From the NCBI GenBank assembly GCA_024679065.1, contig JAGIQG010000018.1, positions 12,276,001 through 12,340,000 on the forward strand: a DNA stretch of 64,000 nt, in the 5' to 3' direction. This DNA is from Sphyrna mokarran. Lineage: Eukaryota. Shown here one piece after another: positions 49,279-61,508 of the stretch; position 1 is the stretch's first letter; each line of letters starts with the position of its first letter. The notes beneath the pieces were generated by a model. The model was not told where the DNA came from, made no database searches, and saw nothing but the letters and a program-made list of their open reading frames with translations. The position numbers and the translations under genes were made by a program.

Positions 49279-49552
49279 GAATCACAGAACCCCACAGTGC
49301 AGGAGGTCATTCGGCCCATTGACCACAATCCCATTTCGACCTTAGGTAAGCTTAGTTCCCTAATAATCCCTTGAAACTATTATATCCCAGGGCACTAAGG
49401 ATCAATTTAGCATGGCAATCCACCTAACCCACACACCTTTGGACTGAGGAGGAAGCCCATGCAGACAAACAGAGAATGTGCAAACTCCACACAGATAGTG
49501 ACCCAAGTTGGGAATCAAACATGGGTCCCTGGAACTGTGAGGCAGCAACCAC
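49279..49552 (-). mobile_element. V-SINE, HE1-like
   Basis: gaatcacagaaccccacagtgcaggaggtcattcggccc...gtgaggcagc. Confidence 0.85.
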
Positions 49553-50389
49553 TCAGAAAATTATAAATTAGTATGGATGTCATAAAATTAAGAGTAAGCA
49601 AAATCAAAGAAACATCCTAGATGATCAGCTTGCCCTGACATATTTCATTGTTCTGAGCACATGTTTGAAAACCATTGGCCTGCTGTCCGAGACATCTTTC
49701 AGCAACCACACTGGCTCATTCTTCTGCCAACACCATTCCTCAACTCCGACTTGAATTTTATGCATGACTCCTATTTTAGTGATGTCTCATAGATCCGCCT
49801 CTACCTACCATGGCAGACTTTACAGATAACTGACATTTGGGCAAATAACACAGTCGATTCCTCATTGTTCATGCTGCTGCTGTTCAAGCAGTTTCTACTC
49901 CCAAAGCCAACATGCCTCATTTCATTACTGTTGAAATTATACTCAAGGTACCCATTTCTGGCACTGTGATACCTGTCCCTGACTTCCTTGGGGCTCTGCT
50001 ACTTTCTTTGAATCCTGCGCTCTCCATCAGTGTTAGAATATAACCAATGGCAGCATACTGTGGTAGAAATAGGAAGCAGATGGATTTGGTGGGATGCATT
50101 AGTGGTCCAGGGCGTACTCCCAATGATTGTATAACGAAGGATCTTTATTTAACCTTTACTTTGAATTTACCCTGTGGAGTTGATTTTTTTGTTTATTATT
50201 GCATGTTACCGAGGACTGTTGATGCCAGATGAACAATCAGCAAAGTTTTCTGTTAAGAATTCTACTGTAGACTATTCATGGTATAATAAGCATTTTACAA
50301 AACGATAGTTCTGCAACTTAGTGCTGAAGTGGAGAAACAAAGAATGAATGGAGACAAGATTAATTAATATACGAGGTTATGAAGGAATA

Positions 50390-50575
50390 AGAACAAAATA
50401 TGCTGAAAATTTTCAGCATGTCAGGCAGCATTTGCAGAGAGAGAAGCAATGAAAGCTAATCGACCTGAAACTTTAATATTTTCTCTATCTGCCATTACTG
50501 CCCAGCGTGGGGTTTTCCACCATTTTTTATTCTTCGTTCAAGTTTTCAGCACTTCCAGTATTTTGCTTCTGTATT
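50390..50575. mobile_element. Old Penelope-terminus-derived imperfect palindrome
   Basis: tgctgaaaattttcagcatgtcaggcagcatttgcagagagag followed by a degenerate reverse copy; related to the 51495 terminus. Confidence 0.45.
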
Positions 50576-50902
50576 ATGCTGCAAGGGAATGTGGTCGGGT
50601 TGTAAGTAGAAGGTGGAAAGGAAGAAAGACGAAGAGAATGGAAGCAAACATAGTAATTTGCTTGAGCAAAGAAAATAACAACAATCAGGTCAAAAAAAGC
50701 CAGATGGAAAACCAATGGCATTAAGAGAATAAATTCATGGAAGATAGACAGTAAAGATCCTATAACTTAATATAAGCAATGGCATGCCAGATCCATTTTT
50801 CTTAAATTTTCAAAAAATGTTCATGTCAAGATTGTAAGACAGTGCATCTCACTCAAATGTTTTCTTAGACAATAAAACTGCTAATCCTTCCCTCAACAAT
50901 TA

Positions 50903-51125
50903 TAGAGTCATAGATTTTTACAGCATGGAAACAGGCCCTTCAGCCCAACTTGTCAATACAACCCTTTTTTTAAACCCCTAAGCTAATCACAATTGCCTGC
51001 ATTTGACCCATAGCCCTTGATACGAATCTTAACCATGTAATTATCTAAATGCTTTTTAAAAGAAAAAATTATATCCATCTCTATTACTACCTTTGGTAGT
51101 CTGTTCCAGACACTCTCTACCCTCT
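50903..51125 (-). mobile_element. CR1 3' end fragment
   Basis: atagagtcatagatttttacagcatggaaacaggcccttcagccc tail. Confidence 0.75.
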
Positions 51126-51494
51126 GATTCCAATCAAGCCAATCCTTTTATGGATGCACAGAGAATTAATCTTGTCCCCAAGTGGTGAGCAATATGCCCC
51201 CATTAGCCCTGGGCATTAACACATTTTTCAAATAAGCCTACTCATCTGAAACTGAAGACTCATTTCTTTTATGACCCACCCCTTAAAGTTTCCTCACACT
51301 TGACTCACTTCATCAACCTCGACTTACAGATAAATGAAAAGGTAGTCTTTTAAAATAATTCCCCTGGAATTCCTGGGCTTAGAAGGTTTGGAGGGGCTTT
51401 CCCCTGGATTGCCAGAAAAGTCGTGACCTGTGGGGCATTCTTGCTCTACTACTTTGTTGCACTTATAGCTGACACAGCAAATAGCTGGAGCACA

Positions 51495-52265
51495 AACACA
51501 AAATGCTGGAAAATCTCAGCAGGTTTGGCAGCTTCTGTGCAGAGAGAATAGAGCTAGCATTGAGTCTGATAACTGTTCATCAGAGCTGAACATATAGAAA
51601 AGAGGACAAGATTTATACTGTAAGGATGGCGGGGTGGGGGATAAGGGGAGGAGAGAGATATTGACAAAGAAATCATAGACAGAAGATAAGGAGAATTTAA
51701 ATGATGATAAAGGCTGAGAATGGTACTAATAGTGTCCATTAAGACACTGGAATGTGTTAAAAGGTAACCTGAGCATGTGACAGATGGCCTTAGTGGGGTG
51801 GAGTTGCAGAGGTGAGGGGGCAATGAGAAATAAGATGAAAAGCAATATTTTAGAAGTAGACAAATGGAACAATGGCAGAAATGAAAATGAAAAATAAAAA
51901 TATTAAGTAATAAAAGCAGATTCATCAGACAAGAAGAAATGAAATAAAATAAATGGAAATGGGGTGGTGTTGGAGGTGGTGTTCACGCTCTGAAATTGTT
52001 GGACTCAATCTAAGTTTGGAAGCACCTAATCAGAAAATGAGCTGCGGCTCCTCCAGTTCCCATTTCACTTCATTGGAACACTGCAAAAGGCCAAGGATCG
52101 TCATGGCGACAAGAGAGAAGGGTGTTGCTTTGAAATGGCAAGCAATAGGAAGAACTGAGTCCTGCTTGCGGATGAATCAAAAGTATTCCAACCAACAACT
52201 GTTGAGTCTGCATTTTGTCTCTCCAAAATAGAATAGACAACATTGAAAATGGCAAATGCAATAGA
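51495..52265 (-). mobile_element. Decayed Penelope-like element (GIY-YIG C-terminus, pyrimidine-rich UTR, terminus)
   Basis: Minus strand ILGLLQCSNEVKWELEEPQLIF*LG resembles the PLE endonuclease end; terminus aaaatgctggaaaatctcagcagg; degenerate CTGATGA at 51577-51583. Confidence 0.65.
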
Positions 52266-53170
52266 TCAGCTTTGAACCCCTATTCCTCTTCAACATGAAG
52301 CATAATGTCAACCAAGAACATACTAAGTTCCTGGTATATCATTTCCATGTTTTGGTTTGGGATGAAAGTCTCTTTTATAAAAAGATTTTGATGTCTTGGC
52401 AGCACTGAGAGAGACTGTTTGCTTAAAAATAAAAAAACAGACAAATATTTTTTCTTAATTGGTCAAATGGGCCCCTGAACAGGACAAGCATCAGGGCCCA
52501 TGATTTCTCTCCTGGGCCTTCATTCTATGATGCAGTCATACACTTCTCAGTAAATCATTTGGTTAAAGTATGGGGTAGAAGGGGAACAACTTGAATACAA
52601 TGTCAAGAGAAAGGATATTTTTGAAAAGTTAATACTGAAGTACTGCATTCAATTCTGGGCTTCACATTTTTATCAGAATGTCAAGGCCTTCCAAAGATTG
52701 GAGAGATTTGTTGGAATAGAACAAGATACAACAGGTTTCATGTTAAATCAAGAGACTGGAGAAGCTGTGGTTGATCTCCTCAAAGCATGAAAAATCAAGA
52801 GGAAATTTGATAGTGATGTTCAAAATCATGAAGGATTCTGATAGAATGGCTAAGGATACGGAGGCAGAGTCAGGGAACGAGACTAATTGGCTAGCTCTTA
52901 CAAATGGTATAGGTGTGATGTGCCAGATAGCCATCATCTGTGCTGTGCTGCTCAATGATTGCAAAAATTCAATCTCATCAGATATTGTCCTAATCAGTGT
53001 TTTGAGGAAACTGATTAGCAGAGACGGCATTGTTTGGGAGAACCACCAAGAAAAATACCACACAGTGAAACAATGACATTAAATATTTTAAATTAAGATC
53101 CCACTACCATCTTTTTCTGTTGATCACAAAGCTTCTGTTCACTTCCAGATAATTGTAACAATTTACTTAC

Positions 53171-53247
53171 ACATTCAAATCCCAGATTTCATGTGTCATA
53201 ATCAGTTCTTCAACAAACTGTTCTTCTATATCAGGAAACAGATTTAC
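53171..53247 (-). CDS. RNF216: RNF216 exon, 77 nt (VNLFPDIEEQFVEELIMTHEIWDLNV)
   Basis: Acceptor ttgcag, donor gtaagt; resembles human [26 protein letters not shown]; phase 0-2. Confidence 0.93.
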
Positions 53248-53679
53248 CTGCAAGAAAAGCCAAGCTAAATTGAAATGGCATTTGAGAAAAATGAAATCTT
53301 GGTTAGCAGAATATCAGATGTAAGAAGAGTTTACTGTCCACAAAACTAAACTGAATTTTTATTACTCTTATGCACCCGAGACATTACTCTGTTAACCCAA
53401 TGCCATGATGAATAGTTCTTGATGAATAGTGTGTTCTCAAAGTTGGAGGGGGCAAACTACTTTTCCACAGTAGTCACTTTCTTGTAGCTTCTAAGATTGT
53501 CTATTTATTGCAGGCTATAGCCATCATTTACCGTTCAGCTGCACGCAGGATTCAAGGCAACAGATTAACACTGCAGTATTCCATATCTTTACAATGAAAA
53601 GGTTTTCAAACCATTATTAGTCTGGTGGGTTCAAAACCAAACCAGCAGATCTCAAAGGGCAATTTTTAAAAATTCAATT

Positions 53680-55160
53680 GCAGAGTATCGTTAGCAAGGC
53701 TACTGTTCTGACTATTCATAATAGCATTCCAAAAGTGACAAGCCGTCTTCTTCAACTGCTATACTCCATTTGATAGTAATCATGATGTAGAGATGCCGGC
53801 GTTGGACTGGGGTAAACTCAGTAAGAGGTCTGGCAACACCAATGTTAAATCCAACCGATTTATTTGATAGTAAATCTGCTAGCTTTCGGCGTTTGTGCCT
53901 TCGTCAGGTGAAAAAAAATTGGTGTTGCCAGACCTCTTACTGAGTATACTCCATTTGATGCAGAGACTTTCACAGTGTCGTCAGGGAGGGAATTCAAAGA
54001 TTTTGACCCCAGTGACAGTGAGTAGGGGCCGGACATAGTTTCAAGTCAGCATGCAACCTTAGTAAGCTGCTTCACTAAACCTTGCACATGGTACATATGA
54101 CATGTGCACTAGTGGTGAAGGGAATGAGCGGTTGAGATGGCGATGGGGTGCTCATCAAGCAAGCTGCTTTATCTTGGATGGTATCAATCTTCTTGAATGT
54201 TACTGGAGCTCCATTTTCACCCAAGCAAGTATGGAGTATTCCATCACATTCCTCACTCTACAGATGGTGGAACAGCTGTGGGGAGTCAGGAGATGTGTTG
54301 CAACAGAATTTCCAGCTCTGACCTGCTCATAAAGCCAAAGTATTTTCCATTGATTCACAATTGACTTCAACTTTGCTAAAGCTCCTTCTAAACTCTGCCA
54401 AATCCTGCCTTGAACTCAACAGTAGTCATTTTCTCCTCATCTCTGAAATTCAGCTCTTTCACCCATTTTCGGACTAAGACTGCAATGAGATCTGCAGTCG
54501 AGTGGTCCTGGCAAAGTGTAAACTGAGTATTGGTGAGCAAGTTATTGCTAAGTAAAAAGCTTGCTAGAACTGCTGACTGTAACATTGCTGATGATTGAGA
54601 AGAGTGACGGCACAGTACTTAGGCAGATTTTGCTTTTTTGTCAACATGCAAATTTGGGTAATGTTCCACTTTGTTGGGTAGACGTCCAAGTTATTGCTGC
54701 ACTGGTGCAGTTTGGCTACAGGTGCAGCTATTTTTGAAGAACGAGTCCTCAACACCACAGTGTTGAAGCTAATGGGGCCTTTGTTGTATTAAGTGCACTC
54801 ATGTCAAATGAACTGATATTAGCTCAAGACTGGTATCAGTGATGATGGGGGCATCAGGTGGTGGTTGAGCTGAAACCTGGTCTTTGCCATATATGCTGGA
54901 TTCTGCAACATTGTGAATGAAAATGTTTGTTGAGCCTCTTGCTCCAATTATTTGCAACTGTCCACCACCATGCACAATACAGTAGAGCCTTGATTTGATC
55001 AGCTGAGAATGGGCTCCGGATGTTATGTTCATAACATGCTTCTTTGTTGTTGTTGTGCATCTAGTCCTGTGTTGTAACTCACCTGGTTGACATCTTATGT
55101 TTAGATATGCCTAATACTGCTCCTCTATGCTCTCCTATGCTCACTGAACCAGGGTGCAGT
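53680..55160 (-). mobile_element. Decayed CR1/L2-superclade LINE ORF2, host of the 53775 insertion
   Basis: NNLLTNTQF..QDHSTADLI..EFKAGFGRV RT-like motifs; related pieces at about 18150-19260 (+) and 57640-57840. Confidence 0.65.
53775..53944 (-). mobile_element. Short Penelope-like insertion with partial inverted end and hammerhead-like core
   Basis: 15-bp direct repeat tatactccatttgat (53760-53774 / 53945-53959); 28-bp perfect inverted repeat (53816-53843 / 53918-53945); minus strand CTGACGA-A-GGC-acaaac-GCC-GAAA. Confidence 0.8.
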
Positions 55161-56289
55161 CAGGAATACGCTGAGCCATCAGTTTATAGAGCAAGAAAAA
55201 AATACCTATATTGGAAAGCTGCCAAAAGAAATTCTTTTACAGTCAAATATCTGTCCAATTCCTTTTAAGCTCTTAATAATAGATTATCCTGCTCCTCCTC
55301 TGCCATCTCCAAATTGGATTATCTCAGTGAAGTCAGCTTTCTCATTGCTGCAATTAAATATTACTTCACATTTCTTACAAGGTCACTTTGCACATGACTT
55401 CGACAGCAGCTTACTTTCAGGCAGCGCTTTCTGCTAAAACAGTTGCTAAAGGAAAAGGAAATGTTGCTACACTGAAGCAGAAAAAGATGCCAATACGGAT
55501 TTTGACCAATGCTCCAATAAACACACTACAGGACAACCCACTCTCTTCCAGGTACTGAAACAAATCAACACAACAACACCCTTAGTGTTTTAAAATGTCC
55601 CAAGATGCTTCACAGGAACAAACAAATAAACACCAACCCTCACAAGATGAATGATCAAAAACTTGATCAAAAGTAGACTTAATAAAGCGCAGCATTTTAA
55701 ATGAAGAGATGGAAACACATAGCAGTGAATTCCAGATCTTCAAACGTAGGTAAAAAACACATCTGTTAGCAGCAGACTAATGAAAATCTGGGATGCTTAG
55801 GGATCTCAGTGAGGTTTTTGATCTGGGGGTGATAATAGAAATGGAGAGGGGCAAGTTGGGGAGTTGAAAGCTAGAATAAGAATTTTAAAGTTAAAATTTG
55901 TTTATTGTCACAAGTAGGCTTACATTCACACTGCAATGAATTTTGTGAGAAAATCCCCTAAAACTTAGATTTGTCTGGCTGGGAGCAAGAGGTCAGGGAG
56001 TGATGCAGTGGAGAGGATAACTTCACGCCATCACAAAATATTAAAAAATTTTGAATGATTTTTTTTTTGTGTCGATACTTTCCTCTTGTCTTCTGTCCCT
56101 CAGGTCGTCTTAAAGTTACTGCTTCAAATCTGCGGTATAGGAAGGAATGCATAACCATGAATTGGCACTTCTAACTGGATGAAAATGACAGGTGTGCCTG
56201 ATACTTCTCCTGCCACATCCTCTTATTAATTCCCCTCCTTGGTGTTAATGGAGGAGTGAACAAAGAAAAACAAAAATTACCCAGGAATA

Positions 56290-57630
56290 GGCCCTTCAGA
56301 CTGCCAGCTGACTATGCTGTCCGACTGAATTAACACCCCCCCCCCGACTCTTCCAGGGATCATATCCCTCAATTCCCATCCTATTCATGTATTTGTACAG
56401 ATGCCCCTTAAAAGTCACAACTGTGTCCGCTTCCACTACCTCCCCGGCAGCGGATTGCAGGTACCCACCACGCTCTGTAAAAAATCTCTTGTACATCTCT
56501 TTAAACCTTACCCCTTGCACCTTAAACACATGCCCCCTAGTAATTGACTCTTCCACCCTGGGAAAAAGCTTCTTATATCCACTATGTCCATGTCTCTCAA
56601 TCTTGTGGACTTCTATCAGTTCACTTCTCAACTTCTTGCCATTCCAGTAAGAACGGTCCAAGTTTCTCCAACTTCTCCTCATAACTAATGCCCTCTATAC
56701 AGGCAACATCATGGTAAATCTTTTATGTATCCTCTCCAAAGCCTCTACATCCTTCTGGTAGTGTGGCAACCAGAATTGAACACTATATTCCAAGTGCAGC
56801 CGAACTAATATTGTATAAAGCTGCAACATGACTTGCCAATTTTTAAATTCAATACCCCGACCAATGAAGGCAAGCATGCCGTCTGACTTTTTGACTACCT
56901 TTTCCACCTGCATTGCCACTTTCAGTGACCTGTATACTTGTACACCCAGATCCCTTTGCCTATAAAAATTCTTAAGGGTTCTGCACTTTTTGTATGTTTC
57001 CTATCTGTATTAGACCTTCCAAAATGCACTACCTCACATGGTTCATACACAGAAGCACCTATCTGCAACCCTAACTATAGAGTCCCCTATAACTATTACT
57101 CCAGTCCTCTGTCCCTCCCTGGTTATCAAAACCACTGCTTTGGCTGCTGCTGCTGTTATCCCCTGATAGGATAGCATATCAACAATATGCAAAATGGTAT
57201 ACTTGTTAAAGGAGGGGGATGATCACAGGTGATTTCTACATTGACTGCCTGCCGTTTCAAGTGGTCGCTCATCGATCTGCCTGCACCTTCGGTGTGACCA
57301 CATCTCTAAAGCTCCGATCTATGACACTTTCCCTAAGTGCATCCAACTGCTGCTCCAACCTGTCCACGCAGTCTCTGGAGAGTTGCAATTGGCTGCACTT
57401 CCTGCAGATGTAGTCATCCAAGACACTGGAAGCATCATAGATCTCCCGCACCTCTTACCTTTACCTCATCACAGTGGTCTTTTTTTTTAAAAAGATGGAA
57501 GGAGGGAAGGAAGGAAGGAAGGAGGGAAACACCAGTGTAGCGTTTTGGGCTTGCCACTCCTCAACACCAGATCTTCTGCTTCCCACTTCTTGGTGCATGT
57601 CGCTGGTCCAACTTCCCTCAGCTGCTTCTA
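56290..57630 (-). mobile_element. Internally deleted CR1 LINE (5' UTR and ORF1 start joined to ORF2 3' end and tail)
   Basis: ORF1-like DDYICRKCSQLQL..ESVIDRSFRDVVTPKV and GDSIVR motifs, then near 57040 a jump to ORF2 CEVVHFGRSN..QLYTILVRLHLEYSVQFW and a CR1 tail. Confidence 0.85.
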
Positions 57631-58114
57631 CCAGATCTACTGGAGTCGAGGATATGCCGTGTTGTGAAGTTTAAGTTAAGGATGTTTACTATATTTTGCT
57701 GCTGCTGATGCCACTGTGCCTGATGGATGCGCAGTTTTGAGTTGCTAGATCTCTTTGAAATCTATCCTATTAACTAAAATGGCAGCTTAACAACAACATA
57801 GTGCAGAGTATCCTCAATGTGAAGACAGGACTCTGTCAATATAAATCTTTTAAATATCCAATTTGACTAAAAAATCGGAATGCAATATTTTATGAAACGT
57901 TAACCTTTGGGTTCTGTGCTGCTACACTGGAGTCCCCAGTTATCAGAGTTTAGGATATCAAAATAGATCATAGCAGGCTTCAATTGACAGCATTATTTTC
58001 CAAGTCAGAATTCTGGGTTTCCAGCTTCAGTCCAGTATTTCAATAAAGAATTGAGGTCTATGCTACACTGGAAGAAATGCCACACTCACATGTCAACCTT
58101 CAGATGTGATGGAA

Positions 58115-58860
58115 GCAACATTGATAGATTAAATAAAGGGGCAAAACTGTGACAAACAGAATTCAAAGTATGGAAATGTGAGTTCATCTAATTTGGACTT
58201 AAAAAGAATAGAGTATGGTACGACACAAATGCTGGAAAATTGGAAACAATGGAGGTACAAAAAGACTGGGAATCCAGGCATATAATCATTAAAACTTCAT
58301 GAACATGTACAGAATATGATCACTTTATCTAGTGCAGTGCTAGCTTTTATATCTAGAGGAATAAAAGTCATATTTCAGTTATACAAAGTTGTGTTTGACT
58401 ATATCTAGAATACTGAGAGTAGTTCTGGGCACTGGTGGCCTTGGAGGAAGTGCAGTGTCGATTTGTTAGAATGAAGCTCTGAGAATTAAGCTACAGGAAG
58501 AGACTAAACAAACCAGGGCTGTATTCCCTAGAACTTAGATGATTTGAAAGGTGATTCAAAATTTAAGGTATTGAAGCGAACAAGTTGGGCAGACTGGAGG
58601 AAACCAAACACAACAGACTAATTGGCTTCTTTGAGTCAGAACTTTCAGGAGCGAAATTAGGAAACAGGTCTCCATGTAAAGAATAGTCAAAATTTGGAAC
58701 ACTTCTGCTAATGGCAACTGATTGCCGATTTTATTTAACCAAATATATTAATAAAAAAGGAAAAGGAAGTGAGTGGAGTTAGGCCACACATCAGGAATAA
58801 TTTCAGTGACTTGTAGATCAGACTCAAGGGGCTCAATAGCTTATTCCCACCTCTAATATT
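58115..58860 (+). mobile_element. Decayed CR1 3' half
   Basis: aaatgtgagttcatctaatttgg, ctagaatactgagagtagttctggg and tail motifs. Confidence 0.65.
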
Positions 58861-58959
58861 CCGATGAATTATTTGCTCTCAAATATTCAATGAACAACTC
58901 ATGTTTAAAACCTGACAGAAACCAGGAAAGTATTCCTTTTTTGATACAGTGGTTTCATA

Positions 58960-59470
58960 ACAGCATAAGTAATAAAAGCAGGAGTAGGCCATGCAGCCTA
59001 TTGAGCCTGCTCCGCCATTTAACAATGGCTAATATGACTGACTCACTTTCCTACCCATACCCTTAACTCTTAACTATCTTGTTGATCAAACATCAATATA
59101 TTTAAGAACAAAGTGACTCCATTGTTCAATACGGAAGAGAACTAATGGTCCTCTAAGAAGAGATTCTTCCTCAACTTCAGTTTAAAAATAAGAGGTCATC
59201 CATTTAAGACAGTGTCTCCTTGGTCTAGATTTCCACGACAGGAAAGATCGACTTAGCAGCTATCCTTTCAAGACCCCTCAAGATCATCCATGTTTCAATA
59301 TGATCACCTCTCGTTCTTGTAAACTCCAAGTATAGGTCCACCCTGCTCAAGCTTTCCTCATGAGATACCTCTTTCACTCCAGCAATCAGCCTCATGACCC
59401 TTCCCTTTGAGTTGTTTCCAATGCAACTATATTCTTCCTAAGATAAGTAGATGACATAGTACACCATGCT
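58960..59470 (-). mobile_element. Decayed CR1 3' end
   Basis: agcaggagtaggccatgcagcctattgagcctgctccgccatt tail. Confidence 0.7.
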
Positions 59471-59609
59471 AAGCATGCAATCTTACCCATGCCCTGTACA
59501 GTCGTTTCTGCGACATGCAGAGGAAGCATGTTAGGAATCATGAAATACATTCATCTGAAACAGGTTAAACTGACTGAAGAGAGATTCAATTACAAAGATA
59601 AACACTTAC

Positions 59610-60221
59610 GGTTTCTTTCACGAGTGACTTCAAAATCTCTTGGCCTTCACCAGTTGACTCCTCAAGATTCTCCAAGCCTAACATATTATCTATTAAACTC
59701 TCCCCTTGGTTCGCCTGCCCAACTTGCTCATGATCAACCTGCTGAACTTCTTCTCTTACAGCTTCCTGTAAAATGTCTGGTTGAGCTAACACAGAGTCTT
59801 GCTCCTTCACTAGTATCACAGATGCTTCTTCCTGTGTTGCTTCCATCACTTTTGCTGCTGGAAAAAGAGGAATGGCCAGCAGTTCAATTTCATCAGTTTG
59901 AACATTTGGACCCTGCACATCCTGAATAGGACCAAGAGTAACTCCAGGATCCACCTGATTTTGTTCTTCATTCCTTTGTGCAACGTGATGCTGATCCCCT
60001 GGGGCAATCTCCTGATTTTCACTGGCTCGCTGAGGAGGAGCGTGGTCAGGTTCTGCCTTTTCCTCTACCATATTTGACATAAATCTAGGTTGAGCCACCA
60101 AGATAGACCTCCTCTCTTCCTGAAAGTTTCCTTTGCCTCCATGGTTTTCCCCTTGCTGCACACTTCGCCATCCAGATGCAGGTTGGATGATGATAGGAGG
60201 TCGAATTTGTCTAACCGGGGT
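59610..60221 (-). CDS. RNF216: RNF216 large N-terminal coding exon (612 nt, phase 0-0; TPVRQIRPP...ILKSLVKET)
   Basis: Open 204-codon acidic/Gln-rich frame; acceptor tcttccag|ACC and donor ACC|gtaagt; ends LVKET as in human RNF216 and joins the next exon in frame. Confidence 0.88.
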
Positions 60222-60949
60222 CTGGAAGAGATTTGACAAAATACAAGTAGTTAAAAATTAAGTCTGAAAAAGTGAATGTCAAATTTCTAAATATATTAAA
60301 TGGGCTTAATGAAACATCAGCAGGAATTAATGGTGCAAGTCTTCTGTCTATACTTCAGTAATGTTCCCATGGTGGAATGGACATAACTCAGGAGAAATTC
60401 TGGACCGTATATTTCTCCTCCTCTTTGATCCCAAGCTCTTTAGCTGTCACTCAGTTTTCTTCAGAAATGCAAGCCAAATGCAAACTTGTATCAGACTTTG
60501 AACATCATTTCACTTCATGAATGATAGATAATAGCATGATGCAATGCACTACAATTGTCACTATCCTCAGTTAGATATTTTACCTTATTCATCTTGCTCA
60601 GGTGAAACGGCCCAAATAATCGAGCACCATCTGCAAATCTGACTCATTAGTGCTGGGCCAGTATCTTTGCCAGACAAGAATACACTTGCACATCAAGGAG
60701 TCCAACCCTAATTTTTGAAAATTCATCAAGCTGAGCAAAACCCACTTGGGAGTTTAGAGTGGAGATGAAATAATGTGGAAAAGAAAACAACTTTAAATAA
60801 GTCCTAACTTAAACAGCTTCAAGTTATCAAATGACTCATGAAGCAATGAACAGAAAAACACAAAATCAACGCCACTTTGCAATAATTACAGTACCGATTT
60901 TATTTGAATTAGCAAAATGGATAATTCAACTTTTTCAGCTGAATTGCAT

Positions 60950-61508
60950 CATAAGAACATAAGAAATAGGAGCAGGAGTAGGCCATCTAGCTCTTCAAGC
61001 ATACGCTGCCATTCAATATGACTGATCTGAAGTGGATCAGTTCCATTTTCCTGCTTCTTCCCTATAACCCTGAATTCCCTTGTCTGTCAGGAATCTATCG
61101 CCCCATTTCTTAAACATATTCAACGAGGTAGCCGCCACCATTTCAATGGGCAGAAAATTTCAGAGATTCACTACTCTTTGAGTGAAGAAGTTCCTCCTCA
61201 ACTCCGTTCTAAACTGCACCGCTCCCCCTCCCCAACTTATTTTGAGAGTGTGCCCTCTAGTTCTACAATTCTCTCTAAGCAGGAAGAATCTCTCAACCTC
61301 TACCCTATCTAGCCCCTTCATCATCTTATATGTCTCCATAAGATCCCCCCTCAGCCTTCTAAACTCTAACGAGTAGAGGCCCAGTCTATTCCATCTCTCT
61401 TCATAAAAGCTAACCCCCTCATCTCCGGTATCAGCCTGGTGAACCTTCTCTGTAATCCCTCAAGGCCAATATATCCTTTCCCAAATAAGGGGAACAAAAC
61501 TGCACACA
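60950..61508 (-). mobile_element. CR1 3' end
   Basis: cataagaacataagaaataggagcaggagtaggccat tail and ataagatcccccctcagccttctaaactc (EFRRLRGDL) motif. Confidence 0.85.

Noticed and set aside
56075-56195. Strong plus-strand splice acceptor (tttcctcttgtcttctgtccctcag) suggesting an antisense exon
   Set aside because: No partner exons or sustained reading frame; unsupported without RNA data
59489-59929. 146-aa plus-strand ORF
   Set aside because: Antisense shadow of the RNF216 exon
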